A DNA stretch of 64,000 nucleotides, from assembly GCA_964057225.1 (NCBI GenBank), contig OZ059896.1, positions 13,516,001 through 13,580,000 of the forward strand, in the 5' to 3' direction. Numbering within the stretch: the stretch's first letter is position 1; every line of letters starts with the position of its first letter. The stretch comes from Auanema rhodensis. Lineage: Eukaryota; Animalia; Nematoda. Under the pieces are notes generated by a model that worked only from the letters and a program-made list of their open reading frames with translations, was not told the origin of the DNA and did no database searches. This document shows positions 1-11,010 of the stretch, piece by piece. The translations under genes and the position numbers were made by a program.

Positions 1-967
1 TGAGATAGAAAAAATAATTTGAGTGTCATATCTGTAATTGGACGAAAAGAAAAAAAACTGTGAGAAAGAGAAACATCCGGATAGCATTCTGTATATAGAA
101 TTGAAATTTGTTTTCTCGTTAATCAATCAACACAAAAATATTTATTATTTTATAAAAAAACACTATGAGACTGTTATTTTGGCTAATAAAGAGAGATAAA
201 CGTTGTATAAGGGACTATCCATCTCTCCTTCGTTTTCCTTAACTATCAGCTGTTGTCTATTTAATCCAGCTTCATCTCTTTCTCGTGCCTCTATTCCTCC
301 TCATATGTCTTTATCTCTTTCGCTCTCTGATTTTTTCACCAAATCTTCACTCTCTTCAATCCCATAGCAGATTTTTTCTTAATAAAGTAATTTGGTAAAG
401 ATTATATTTGAATTGATGAAATTAGAGTTGACACAACAACTGGTGGCAGTTCCTTCTTCTCTCGATATCCCTTTCCCTCTTGCTCTCTCTCTCTCTCACT
501 TTCCCTATCTTTCTCTTCCTCTCTCTTTAACTCTATACAATTCTGAACACCTGAATATAAAATCTTAATCACTTCATCACCTCAGTTGAGATTGACAAAT
601 AATTCAGATTTCAAAAATATTTCAAAAACAAAACTTGTTCTATCATTTGAACCAGGAAGAAATAAGAACAGAAAATATTAATATTGTAGAATGAAATGAA
701 ATTAATATCAAGTAATTCAAGAAATTCCATAACTTCTTCTTTGTTTTGCTTTTTCATACTGAACTTTAACATATTTTTTTCTTCTTTGCTTTGAAAACAA
801 AATAATAAAAAATATCTGATAAGTAATTTTCAAATTAAAATTTTTATTTGATACTTTTCATCGGTAATATTATACATAGAAAAGATTTTTTCACAAAGTG
901 TGAGTTAGTACTTTTCTTTTTCAAACATTTCATACAATGTTTAAACAATGAGAACGCTCTCCAAAAA

Positions 968-1928
968 TCATCGAAACCTTGGCAGCCGAATTGGGCAAGG
1001 AAGAACACAGCACAAACATGGCGAATCACATAACATTTCTCCTAGACAACATCCACAACATAAAGCTAAAAGTGAAGTTAGCCACCAATCACTGGAATTA
1101 TCCCTTTGTTGAGGTCGTTCAACATATCTGAAAAAAATAAAATATACATGTTGTATTTAAAAAAAGTAAAAAATATATCAAATAATAGGTTGACACAGCA
1201 ATTTGCAACCAGTTTTCAATCAGAAAACAAATGAAATATCAGTATACACGTGAAAACTCACGTAAATTACTTTAATTTTAGTTAAAAAACGAGAAGACAA
1301 TAAACTTTTTATAATTTATAATGTTGTAAGACATGAGCATATGAAAAGAAATATTAAAAATGGATACAATTGAATAATTGTACCAAATGAATTCAATATT
1401 TGCATAAGATGGAAGTAAATAATGATGTTCTGGCAAACGATATTTGCTTGTCTTTACTTCTCGGAGGAAAAATCAAAATTCAACTATTTTGACACGTAGA
1501 AGAACACATTTCATAATACTTCTAATATAACTTACACAACTTGGGGAGGTGGTTGATTAGGATTATAATGACCAGCTGGGTATGGTCCTTGTTGAGGATA
1601 GCCTTGAGTATACCCTTGTTGAGGATAGGGATTGTATCCAGGCTGAAATATTGATCGTTTAAATGCATAAAAATATTTGTTAGTTATACATATACAATAA
1701 TAAGCAGGTATTGTAATAATATATTTGAGCCGATCAGCCATAACTACTTATAGAAACAAATTTCGATGAAAGTGTAAGTTTCTCTGTACTAGAATTATAT
1801 AGAATAATAGTTTTTCACTTAAATATAATTTGCACAATTATGAATAACGTTAACAATTAAAAGATATGTGATAAGCTTACATTTGGAGTAGGTTGCTGAC
1901 TGTAATATGGTGGTGGTGGCTGCGACAT
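968..1928 (-). CDS. CYSTM1-like proline/glutamine/tyrosine-rich, cysteine-rich membrane-associated protein (3 exons)
   Basis: Exons 1928-1881, 1642-1536 and 1127-968 join in frame at GT-AG sites: MSQPPPPYYSQQPTPNPGYNPYPQQGYTQGYPQQGPYPAGHYNPNQPPPQVVYVERPQQRDNSSDWWLTSLLALCCGCCLGEMLCDSPCLCCVLPCPIRLPRFR*. A P/Q/G/Y-rich N-terminus followed by a hydrophobic LLALCCGCCL motif is the CYSTM architecture. A TTCAG acceptor lies 8 nt before the ATG. Confidence 0.85.
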
Positions 1929-2432
1929 CGCTGATTCTGAATGTTAGGCGGTGGCTGCGAGAAACGAGTACTAGGTTTCTCCTTTTTCTTTCTATCTCTT
2001 CATATTTCTCTTATTCTCTCGCTTACTTCACCTGTTTGACAAAGCAAGAAACAGAGAAAGAGAGAAAAGGATGAAAATATAATGTTTCATTCATAGTGTT
2101 GTTATAGAAATAGGAAACTACTCATCTACTTGGAAGAGGTGAGTGATGACTCATGTAAACACTGACAAAATTATTTTTTTATTTTTTATTTCAAATAGGG
2201 TGTGGTTTATAATATTTAAGATGATTCATTTCCATGAAATAATCTATGAAAATTACTATAAATTACTATAAATTATATCAATTTTTGTATTTTTAAGTAT
2301 AAATTTGTTTACAAAATTATTTATTTACGAAATATTTTCACAAAATAATTTTGTTTTTGTTTTATTTATATTTTTTTGCAAAATGTAGAGGAATTCCACA
2401 GATTTTATAGTTGACTAAAGTTATGCTAATTT

Positions 2433-2492
2433 TGACGTGATTGATACTTCAACTAAATTCGCACGTGATCGTCCGTCATATCAATCACGTGA
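2433..2492. promoter_or_regulatory. ACGT-core motif cluster (TGACGTGA, CACGTG, TCACGTGA) in a divergent promoter
   Basis: TGACGTGA at 2433-2440, CACGTG at 2462-2467 and TCACGTGA at 2485-2492 lie within 60 bp, 55-115 bp upstream of the ATG at 2547, in otherwise CpG-poor DNA. Confidence 0.5.
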
Positions 2493-2546
2493 GGTTTTGT
2501 TTTGATTGTGCACAACTCAAAATCGCTTATCGCTAAATCGCAAGAT

Positions 2547-3474
2547 ATGGACGATTCAGATTCTGAAACTTCAATATCTGAAAAAGCAGAAGAATCAACT
2601 GATGCTCCAGAAGAAGAGTAGGAAATGTTATTGATACAATATAAAGTTATTATGTTTTAAGTTTAACTGAAAGAATAGTATTAGAAAAACCAAAAGATTT
2701 TCCCAATCTTGTAACTCATCTAAAGAATTCAATCAATAATTTTGAAGAAAGTAAGGATCATATTTATTTCAAAAAGGTATGATATTTTCAAGTATATTCC
2801 AATTTATTTTTCGACTGAAAGGAAAAAAGTTATACATCCCTTGACGAATATTTATCATCTCAAAATGGAATTCCGTTAAATCCTTGTTTATCTGCAAAGT
2901 GGTTAAGACGTCAGTTTTAACTTAAAATCAATAGATCAGATGTGCTTCAGATATTTGTATGGGATTGATTTTCCTTCATAGAAATGATTACATTTTTGGC
3001 GGATTGAAATTAACTGATGTGTTCATCAATGAGAGAGGCATTGTAGGGATACTCATCAGTCCAAACATACTTTCAATGACATTGTCTAAAGAGTAAGATC
3101 ATATTTAACAAATAGTTATTTTTCAAATAGTAAATACAAACTATCGTCTCTTGATATGGAAGATGTTGGCAAAATATTGTTTAGATTTGTTACTGGAGTA
3201 GATTATCAAATTGCTCAGGTGAATAATCAAAAAAGGAATTGCAGGAAAATACAATTTAGGGTAAGAATTACATAAAGGGATGTTGTCCTGAATCAATTGA
3301 AGGCATTAAATTAGCAAAGCTTTTGATGTGCAAACGGGAAAAGTAAGAAGTATGACATTCGCAGTTTGAAACTTCTGATGTTTCAGTATGAGACCATCAT
3401 TGAATTCAGTAATAACTCACCCTTGGTTGGAGAAACAAATTTTAAATTCTGACAATATCTTTATTTTAAAATGA
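2547..3474 (+). CDS. Degenerate protein-kinase-like protein (pseudokinase), 224 aa, 7 exons
   Basis: Exons 2547-2617, 2662-2776, 2822-2898, 2940-3092, 3131-3218, 3260-3342 and 3387-3474 are phase-compatible with no stop. Kinase C-lobe signatures: CASDICMGLIFLHRNDYIFGGLKLTDVFINERG (VIa/VIb), LDMEDVGKILFRFVTG (IX) and MRPSLNSVITHPWL (XI). No HRD, DFG, GxGxxG or VAIK. It is absent from the ORF track because the exons are short. Confidence 0.75.
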
Positions 3475-3528
3475 TTTGTTTATAAAAAATCAAATAATAC
3501 CCGTTAAATTAGATCATCTAACTTTATA

Positions 3529-4988
3529 TTATAACAGTTTAGCACCTTCAGAAGGTGGTTCATCCAGGACATCACAAGGATTGAGATCTCTGTATAGACG
3601 TTTTAGAACTTTTTTTACACTACTAATGTCCCCTGATTTTGCAGAAATAGGTAGTACATAGTCAAAGTTTAAAGGATTGAATGGCCTTTGTTCAACAGAA
3701 ACGGATTTTTCCCATCCTGGCTTAGACAAGATGTTTATCAATCGTTGAGGCTCCTGAAACAAAATGTAAAAATAGATCAACCGATAGTCTAGCGTACATC
3801 TTTTTCCTTCACAATATCAATCTTGTTCAGCAATAAAACTGCTGGTTTTGTCATAAACTTATTATCATACATTTCTAGTTCCTTAACTAGCAAAGCGATT
3901 GATTCCAACGGAGTTCTGAGAAATTAATAATTAGAATTTGAAGGTAAAGTATGAGAGCAACCTGAAAGGTTCATCTAAATTTCCTGCCAATTGGAATCCA
4001 GTACAATCAACTACTATTAAAAATATATCGCAGTATTCTAAATGTTTCAAAAAGGCATATCCTTTTCCTCTGTTACGACTAGCCCCTTCGATTAAGCCTT
4101 AAAACCGTAATATTTATATCCTATTTTAGTATCATTACCTGGAAGATCAGCAATTGATAGAGTGAAATCATCATTTTCCTCAATGTTTTTTTCAGTCCAG
4201 AAAGCCATTTGTGGCTTAACCTAGCAATAGAAAATATATGCATGTTAAAGTGTACTAAATAGCTTACTGTTGTGAATGGATATGGGGCTATTTTGACACT
4301 TTTTCGTGGAACAAAAGCTTTTAATAAGGTGGATTTTCCAGCATTCGGAAAACCAACTAATCCAACATTAGGTCGTAACTTTAAATGAACTTCCACATCA
4401 AATTCTTCTCCCTTTTCTCCTCTGTAAAAACATATATAGTTCAGCTTTATAAACGCAATATCAACTTGAAGTTATTAGTAGAACATCCCCCTTTGCCACC
4501 CTGTGCTATTAAATATTTGAAATAAGGTTTTGTACATCGACTTATCAAAATATTAGAATTCCTATCAACCACTTCAATGCCAATTGGTACTGTGAATATC
4601 TGGAAAACATATATCATGAATTCTGAAGTGTGTAAAATACTCTGACCTTATCTTCACTATGTTGACCAATTAGTTTAGTTTTCTGGCTAGAACTACCCGC
4701 GATACCTCGTATCTTCATACTACCTTTCAAATTTTTCTTAATATCAGCAAAAGCAACTTCAGGCTTAGGTTGGAAAATTATGCTGCCGCCGTTTCCGCCA
4801 ATTCCGTTGTACCTTTGAAATTATGATTATTTTATATTCTAATATAACCCATACCTTGCCATTCCATTTCCACCAGTTCCAGCTTTTACATGCATTATAT
4901 ATTTATCTTCAGTTACAATATTATGCTCATTTTTGATTATAGCTTGAATGTTTTTTATAGAATTCCTTGATAGTAAGGAAAATCTCAT
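3529..4988 (-). CDS. GTPBP10: Obg-family GTPase, GTPBP10-like (likely mitochondrial ribosome biogenesis), 8 exons
   Basis: Spliced protein starts [10 protein letters not shown] and contains the Gly-rich Obg fold ([24 protein letters not shown]), G1 [15 protein letters not shown]2 IAPYPFTT, G3 IADLPGLIEGA, G4 LLNKID and G5 PISAK. It ends SEGAKLL* at 3529. Confidence 0.9.
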
Positions 4989-5698
4989 TTCTTAAACGTC
5001 TAGCTATAATTTTAGTAATATTTCCCAGTGAAATTTATTTTAGAATTGACATTTACACTTAAAAAATGAATAAATTTAATTAAATATTTAAAATAAAAAA
5101 ACGTCCGCTGTTTACAACTCATTGCGGTAGCGCTGCATTTGAAATCGTTAATTTTTCCAGTTTGTTTTGTCGTGTGGTCCTGCTAACTTTATTCAGAAAT
5201 CAGTTGACGTTGCCTTCTGAATCTGCTTTGTACGTTTTATCAACTTGAAGATTTTCTTGAGTGTTTTTACTTGTTTTTTTTTGCGTTAAATGGAACGTGA
5301 AGCCATTTGAATACATGAATTCAATAAACTTGCACAAAGCTGACGTAGTAAACATCTTCGGAGCTGTGCCTAGCACATGTTTTTGAATTTGAAAGTTTTC
5401 TAAATCAATACTTGTGAATTAGCTCTCATTTTATCAATTTTTGTATCTGTGATTTAGGAGCTAATCATTATTACACATTAACCGAGAAAAAATCACATGC
5501 TTTAAATCGCATGTTTTGAATAGTTCTGCTTTATTTACTCTTCAAAATAGCTTTTTTGTTGGCCACGTCCCGATTTTTTGTAATGTTTTTCTCCCGAATA
5601 TTCATCTTATTGATCCCTATTTCTTTCTTGGGTCTCATTTCGCGTGTGTATGAGAACTTTCTCTTGCTATATAAAGTATTTGTTACAGGGTGTACGCC

Positions 5699-8050
5699 AT
5701 GACGCAGGGTGGGGCTGGGGATGGCCGAGAATCTCGCTCTGTAAAGATTGAAGACTTTCCAAGCTACTACAACTCATCAGGTAACAAATTTGTTCAATTA
5801 TTTTTGCGACTTGTTTTCAACATTTTTTGATGCCTAAGTTTATTTTAGCCTTTTGCTAATTTACGCAGGTATGAAGCGTAAAATTAATTCTACTGGTTTG
5901 TTTGCTGTTGTTATGTGTTGTATATGCTATTGATGTTAATTATATTGAATTCGTGTTTTATTGAATGTTTTTTTAGGTTCATCTGTTAATGAAATGGCTC
6001 GAGCCAACGAGTCTCCTTCCCCTCCCGCCCCGCGCCGTCGAATTCGCACGATGAGCGGCTCCAAATCCGAGCATCACCTACTAACCACTAAAACAGGACG
6101 AGTACGTTTCAAGGAGAAACAATATTAATATTAATATAATGTAGAAAATCTATACCAAGGGACGTCCGCCTTGGTATGACAAGAAGGGAAAAAATCTCAA
6201 ACAACCCTATGTTATTGGAATTTGTGGAGGATCTGCTAGTGGAAAAACCACTGTTGCGGATAAAATTATTGAAAAACTAGAGATTCCCTGGGTTACTGTT
6301 TTAAGCATGGACAGCTTCTACAAAGTATGTGTTCTAATCATCACATTTTCAAAGTATTGAAATCTCAGGTTCTTGATGAAGAACAGCATCGTCATGCTGA
6401 ACAGGCTAATTATAACTTTGATCATCCTAATGCTTTTGATTTTGACCTTCTATTTGAAGTTTTGTCCCGTCTTCGTGAAGGAAAAAGCACTGAAGTGCCA
6501 GTATACGATTTTACTACTCACTCTAGGGATAATAATCCTAAGGTAGGACGAAAATAAACAATAAAACTAAGTTATAATGATGTGATTTAGGTTATGTATG
6601 GTGCGGATGTTCTAATTTTTGAAGGAATATTGGCTTTTCATAGACCTGATATTGTCGATATGATGGACATGAAGGTGATTTTTTTTCCACAGAATGAAGC
6701 GACCTCAAGTGTTTATGTCAACGTTTACTTTGAAGGTTTTCGTGGATACAGACGGCGATCTTCGCTTAGCTCGACGACTTAATCGAGATATAAATGAGCG
6801 TGGACGTGATGTTGCTGGAGTTCTTGACCAATATTTCCGTTTTGTGAAAGTAAGGCTTTGATTTCATTTGACATTTGTCCTATGAGGTACATCGTGTCAT
6901 TTGTCAGCCTGCGTTCGAAGCTCATATCGCTCCTGGAATGAAAGTTGCTGATATTATTGTTCCTCGTGGTGGAGACAATGACGTCGCGATAAACTTAATT
7001 GCAAAACAAGTGATGACTCAGTTAATAAGAAGAGGTAATATAAGTTGTTTTGCTTAAATGATAGTATGTCATTTTAGGGTATGACGAAACTGTTCACAAG
7101 CCTTGTCGTCAAGAGTTAGTGAGCACAATGTGCCTCCCTGATGAACTACCAGATAATCTGTCTATTATCAAAGAAACTCCTCAGGTTCGAGGACTGCACA
7201 CATTCATTCGAGATAAAAATACAAAAAGGTTTTTAAGCATTATTCTTTTTTTTCTCATTTGGAATTTAGGGATGAAATTATTTTCTACTCTGAAAGACTT
7301 ACTCGAATCTTGATTGAAGAAGCCATGAATTTCATGCCATATTGTGATTATGAAATTGAACTGGGAACCGGTCAAAAGTATGTTACTCTTGACTGAATCG
7401 CTCAAAGCAAGCATGTTTTTTCTAGGTTAATGGGAAAACGCAAGGCTTCTGAAATTTGTGGTGTTGCTATAATGCGAGCTGGTGAAACGATGGAAAATTC
7501 TCTAAGAGCCATTGTTAAGGATTGTAAGGTATGATTATTGTTTTGCATAATGAAGTCTTATTTGGTTGTTTCTAGATGGGAAAGATCTTGATCCAAACTA
7601 ATGAACAAACTTTGGAACCAGAGCTTTATTATCTGCGTTTGCCAAAGGATATTCATAAATACAAAGTTCTACTGATGGACGCCACAGTTGCTACTGGTTA
7701 GAGTTGATTGCTAGGTGTTTGAAAACCTAAAATTTCTCATTTTAGGTGCTGCTGCCATGATGGCTATTCGTATATTATTGGATCATGATGTTCCTGAAGA
7801 AAATATTTACCTCTTGTCTTTATTGATGTCCGAACCCGGAGTACATGCTCTTGCTTACGCTTTTCCTAAGGTATTTTTGTTCTTATTCAATGGACAATAT
7901 TTTTTGATTTAGGTGAGGCTTATTACTACAGCGGTTGACAAATTCTTGTCCGATAATTTCTATGTTATGCCCGGAATGGGTAATTTCGGTGATCGCTATT
8001 ACGGAACATGTCTGAGTGGCGATGATGGCGAAGAGCCTTTTGATGCCTGA
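5699..8050 (+). CDS. UCKL1: Uridine-cytidine kinase-like 1 (uridine kinase plus UPRTase-like domain), about 13 exons
   Basis: [12 protein letters not shown]-loop [44 protein letters not shown] and IIVPRGGDN in the kinase domain. UPRT domain: [37 protein letters not shown] and [13 protein letters not shown]. Confidence 0.95.
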
Positions 8051-8285
8051 TCATCTTTTCCACCGGGATAATATGTTGTTGAATCTATTGCATTTTAATT
8101 TTTAGTTTATCTAGTTAGGTTCTTTATATTTTCATTGTTCTTCTGTTGCTCTGTTTATCTTGTTTCTCATCTTCTCTTCTGTTCTCCTCTCTATTTCTCA
8201 GATCTTTCATTCAACAGTATTCAAATTATTGCTATATTGCATTCTGTTCACTTCTTTCACTGGGCGTTTGTTGGAAAACTTGATA

Positions 8286-8389
8286 AATAAATTTCCATAT
8301 TTATATAAATTTGTTTGAAAGGATTATTCGTTTCCTTCTTTGAATATCTATAACGCCAGCTGTTGAAAATTATTTCATATACATTTCAG
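8286..8389 (+). promoter_or_regulatory. Operon-like intercistronic region: AATAAA, U-rich spacer, TTTCAG trans-splice acceptor
   Basis: AATAAA at 8286-8291, a pyrimidine-rich stretch at about 8325-8341, and TTTCAG ending at 8389, 6 nt before the UFD1 ATG. The roughly 100-nt spacing matches SL2-type nematode operons. Confidence 0.65.
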
Positions 8390-8395
8390 ACAGAC

Positions 8396-9764
8396 ATGGA
8401 ACACTTTTTATTTTCCCGGCCTCTATTGCAGAGAAATTTTAGTCAAAATTTGAAAGCTTGCTCTGCAGCTTACTTTGCTGGGGCAGATCATGATAAAGTT
8501 AGAGAAATAGCAAACGGAGGAAAGGTTCGCTTCTTCGGGATCTACGGTGCTCATTAACAGTTTAACCTTAAGATTCTCCTCCCAAATTCAGCATTAGACA
8601 ATCTCATCCGTCTTAATGTTCAATATCCTATGCTCTTCAAGGTTATTTTTTGAGTCTTGAGGTTAAAATTTCTTTAGCTTCAGGTCACGAATGAAATTAC
8701 TCAACGCGAAACTCACTGTGGAGTTCTGGAGTTTTCTGCTCCGGAAGGCCGTGCCTACTTACCTAACTGGATGATGCAACAACTTTGCCTTGAAGAAGAT
8801 AGCAACGTCAAAATAGAAATTGCCAGCTTACCTAAAGCAACTTTTGCCAAACTTAAACCTCAATCTCTAGACTTTCTTAATATTTCCAATCCTCGGTTTG
8901 TTTTGATGACAGAAACTTCTCGATTTTATTGATTTTAAGTGCTGTTCTTGAAGTTGAACTAAGAAAGTTTGCATGCCTAACAAAGAATGATAGAATATCC
9001 GTATTAGTACGTTCTCTATTTTTTTTTTAAATTTAAAAACAATCCTTTCAGTATGCCGACCAAAATTTGGAATTTCTTGTTCAAGAAGTCAAACCTTCTG
9101 ACGCTGTTTGTATCATTGAATGTGATTTAAACTTGGACTTTGATGCCCCTGAAGGATATGTTGAAGATTCAGAAAGAAGGCCTACTACCTCAATTAAGGT
9201 ATGTAAGATTATTAAAAAGTTTATACAAAGAAACAAACTAGGTTGTAAAAAAAACATAAATTATGTGAGAGTAACAATTGTGGGCTGTAATTAGAGTTTT
9301 CTCAAGGATATAGCTGATCTCATATCTGATAAACTTTATGTTGTAATAATATGGGATTTATTATATAATTTTTAAAAACGAATGTTTATACGTGCATGTT
9401 CCAGCCACCACCTCCTGCAGCCGATCTTCTGGCTATTCCTAGCACACAATTTACAGCGTTTTCTGGATCTGGTGTTCGATTAGACGGAAAGAAGAAGCCT
9501 TCGTCTAATAGTATATGCAGTGATGGCACTCCAGAAACTGTAGAGGCGTTGGGTCCTGTAATTTATCATTCGGACTACAAGCCAGGTATAGAAATGAATC
9601 AAAATGGCATTTCAACGTATGCTTTAGGCACATTGAATTTTATGCGCTACGACTACAAATCACGAATTGTTACTGAACAAGAAATCAAAGAAAAACTTGA
9701 AAATGCAAAGAAGCAAGCTTTACCTTTCCATGGAAGTAGTGCTACAATCCGAAAACGTTATTAA
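8396..9764 (+). CDS. ufd-1: Ubiquitin fusion degradation protein 1 (CDC-48/p97 cofactor), 7 exons
   Basis: NGGK|ILLPNSALDNL, YPMLFK, THCGVLEFSAPEGRAYLPNWMM, LPKATFAKLKPQS, AVLEVELRKFACLT, VCIIECDLNLDFDAPEGY and the SHP box FSGSGVRLDGK. Confidence 0.95.
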
Positions 9765-10692
9765 CATAGTTTCTTGTACAAAACAAATCTGCCCTTACGG
9801 TCATAATTTATTGAAGATATCCATAAGACTGGTGGAGGTTTCCCATATTTATTTTATTTGCATGGCTATTCATTGGGTATTATTACACTGGGTTTCTTCG
9901 TCTCTTTAAATCTCTACAATAAATTATGGTTTGATGAATTGCGTTTGATAGAATCTACATTATCACATGGAAAACATTCAACCCATAATACTTCAAATTC
10001 AATTCGAATTCTTTTTACTTGACATTCGGGTGGTCTCAATAGCTTTTATTTCTATCTCTTTCAGTCGTTTTTATAACTTTTTTTGGATGGAGCCTCGTTA
10101 GATGCGCTGATTCTGCCGACATAACGGGATAATGGGATGAACACGACAATTTGTCGCATTTCGTTTTTTTGCGAGTCTTGAAAAAGGTTTTTTAATACCG
10201 CTAAAGGTCGTTTACAGAATAGGTTATCACCATGCTTTATGGCTAGTTTGCTAGTTTTGAGGCTTCTGATGACGATGGTGATGATCTGGTTCTCATACTC
10301 TTGGTCACAATCACATCTGTATTCACCGTTACCTTGCAGGTTGATTCATTGCTTCTGCTAGCGAGATGCTATCTACAAGTAACTACCCGTATTCATGTCT
10401 CTCACTCCATCTTCAACCTCTCATCTTATAAACCTATAGCTCTCGATTAGTCTATCGCTATAGTTTTACATGAGAAGTGTGAGTTGTTAAGAAAATATTG
10501 AAGTTTTCGGGTTCTTTGAACTACAACTTTCATATCTATTTGTCTCATCTATCGTCTTTTTGTTCTTAAAAACCTATAAGAACCGAGTTCTTTCCACTGC
10601 TTGGAACATTGAAATGTTATTCCTTTTATATACTTCTTTCTTCTTCTTTGTTTTATCTTTTTTTGAAATATTTATCTAATAGAAAAATTATT

Positions 10693-10843
10693 TTATTCAT
10701 TATCAGTTAAATCATTTTCAATTACGTTCAAACTGGCTGATGTAGTTACATTTAAGATGAAAAATATGATTTTATCTCTTAGAACTTCAGGATTTGAAAA
10801 GAAATTGCCTTCATACCAGATTGATAGCTCTGGGAAGTCTTGT
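10693..10843 (-). CDS. Candidate duplicated alternative terminal exon (exon B) of IFT22
   Basis: A CTTATAG acceptor at 10845-10844 is in phase 2, the same phase as the IFT22 exon-5 donor. It reads (K)QDFPELSIWYEGNFFSNPEVLRDKIIFFILNVTTSASLN, which aligns without gaps to GCNLRHEGEHLKQVFYQFLVNV in the proximal last exon. The unspliced form ends VIENDLTDNE*, with AATAAA at 10697-10692. Confidence 0.55.
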
Positions 10844-11010
10844 CTATAAGTAGTTAAAAAGTTTTTTTTTTCAAATCATTGTGAGAACTCATGAGTAATA
10901 AATAGTTTGCACGTTACATGTGAAGGGGAGTGAATTGAGGAAAAACAAAAAAATATAACAAAAAAGAACGGAATCTTTATATTACTTTTACATATATGAT
11001 CAGATGGTGT

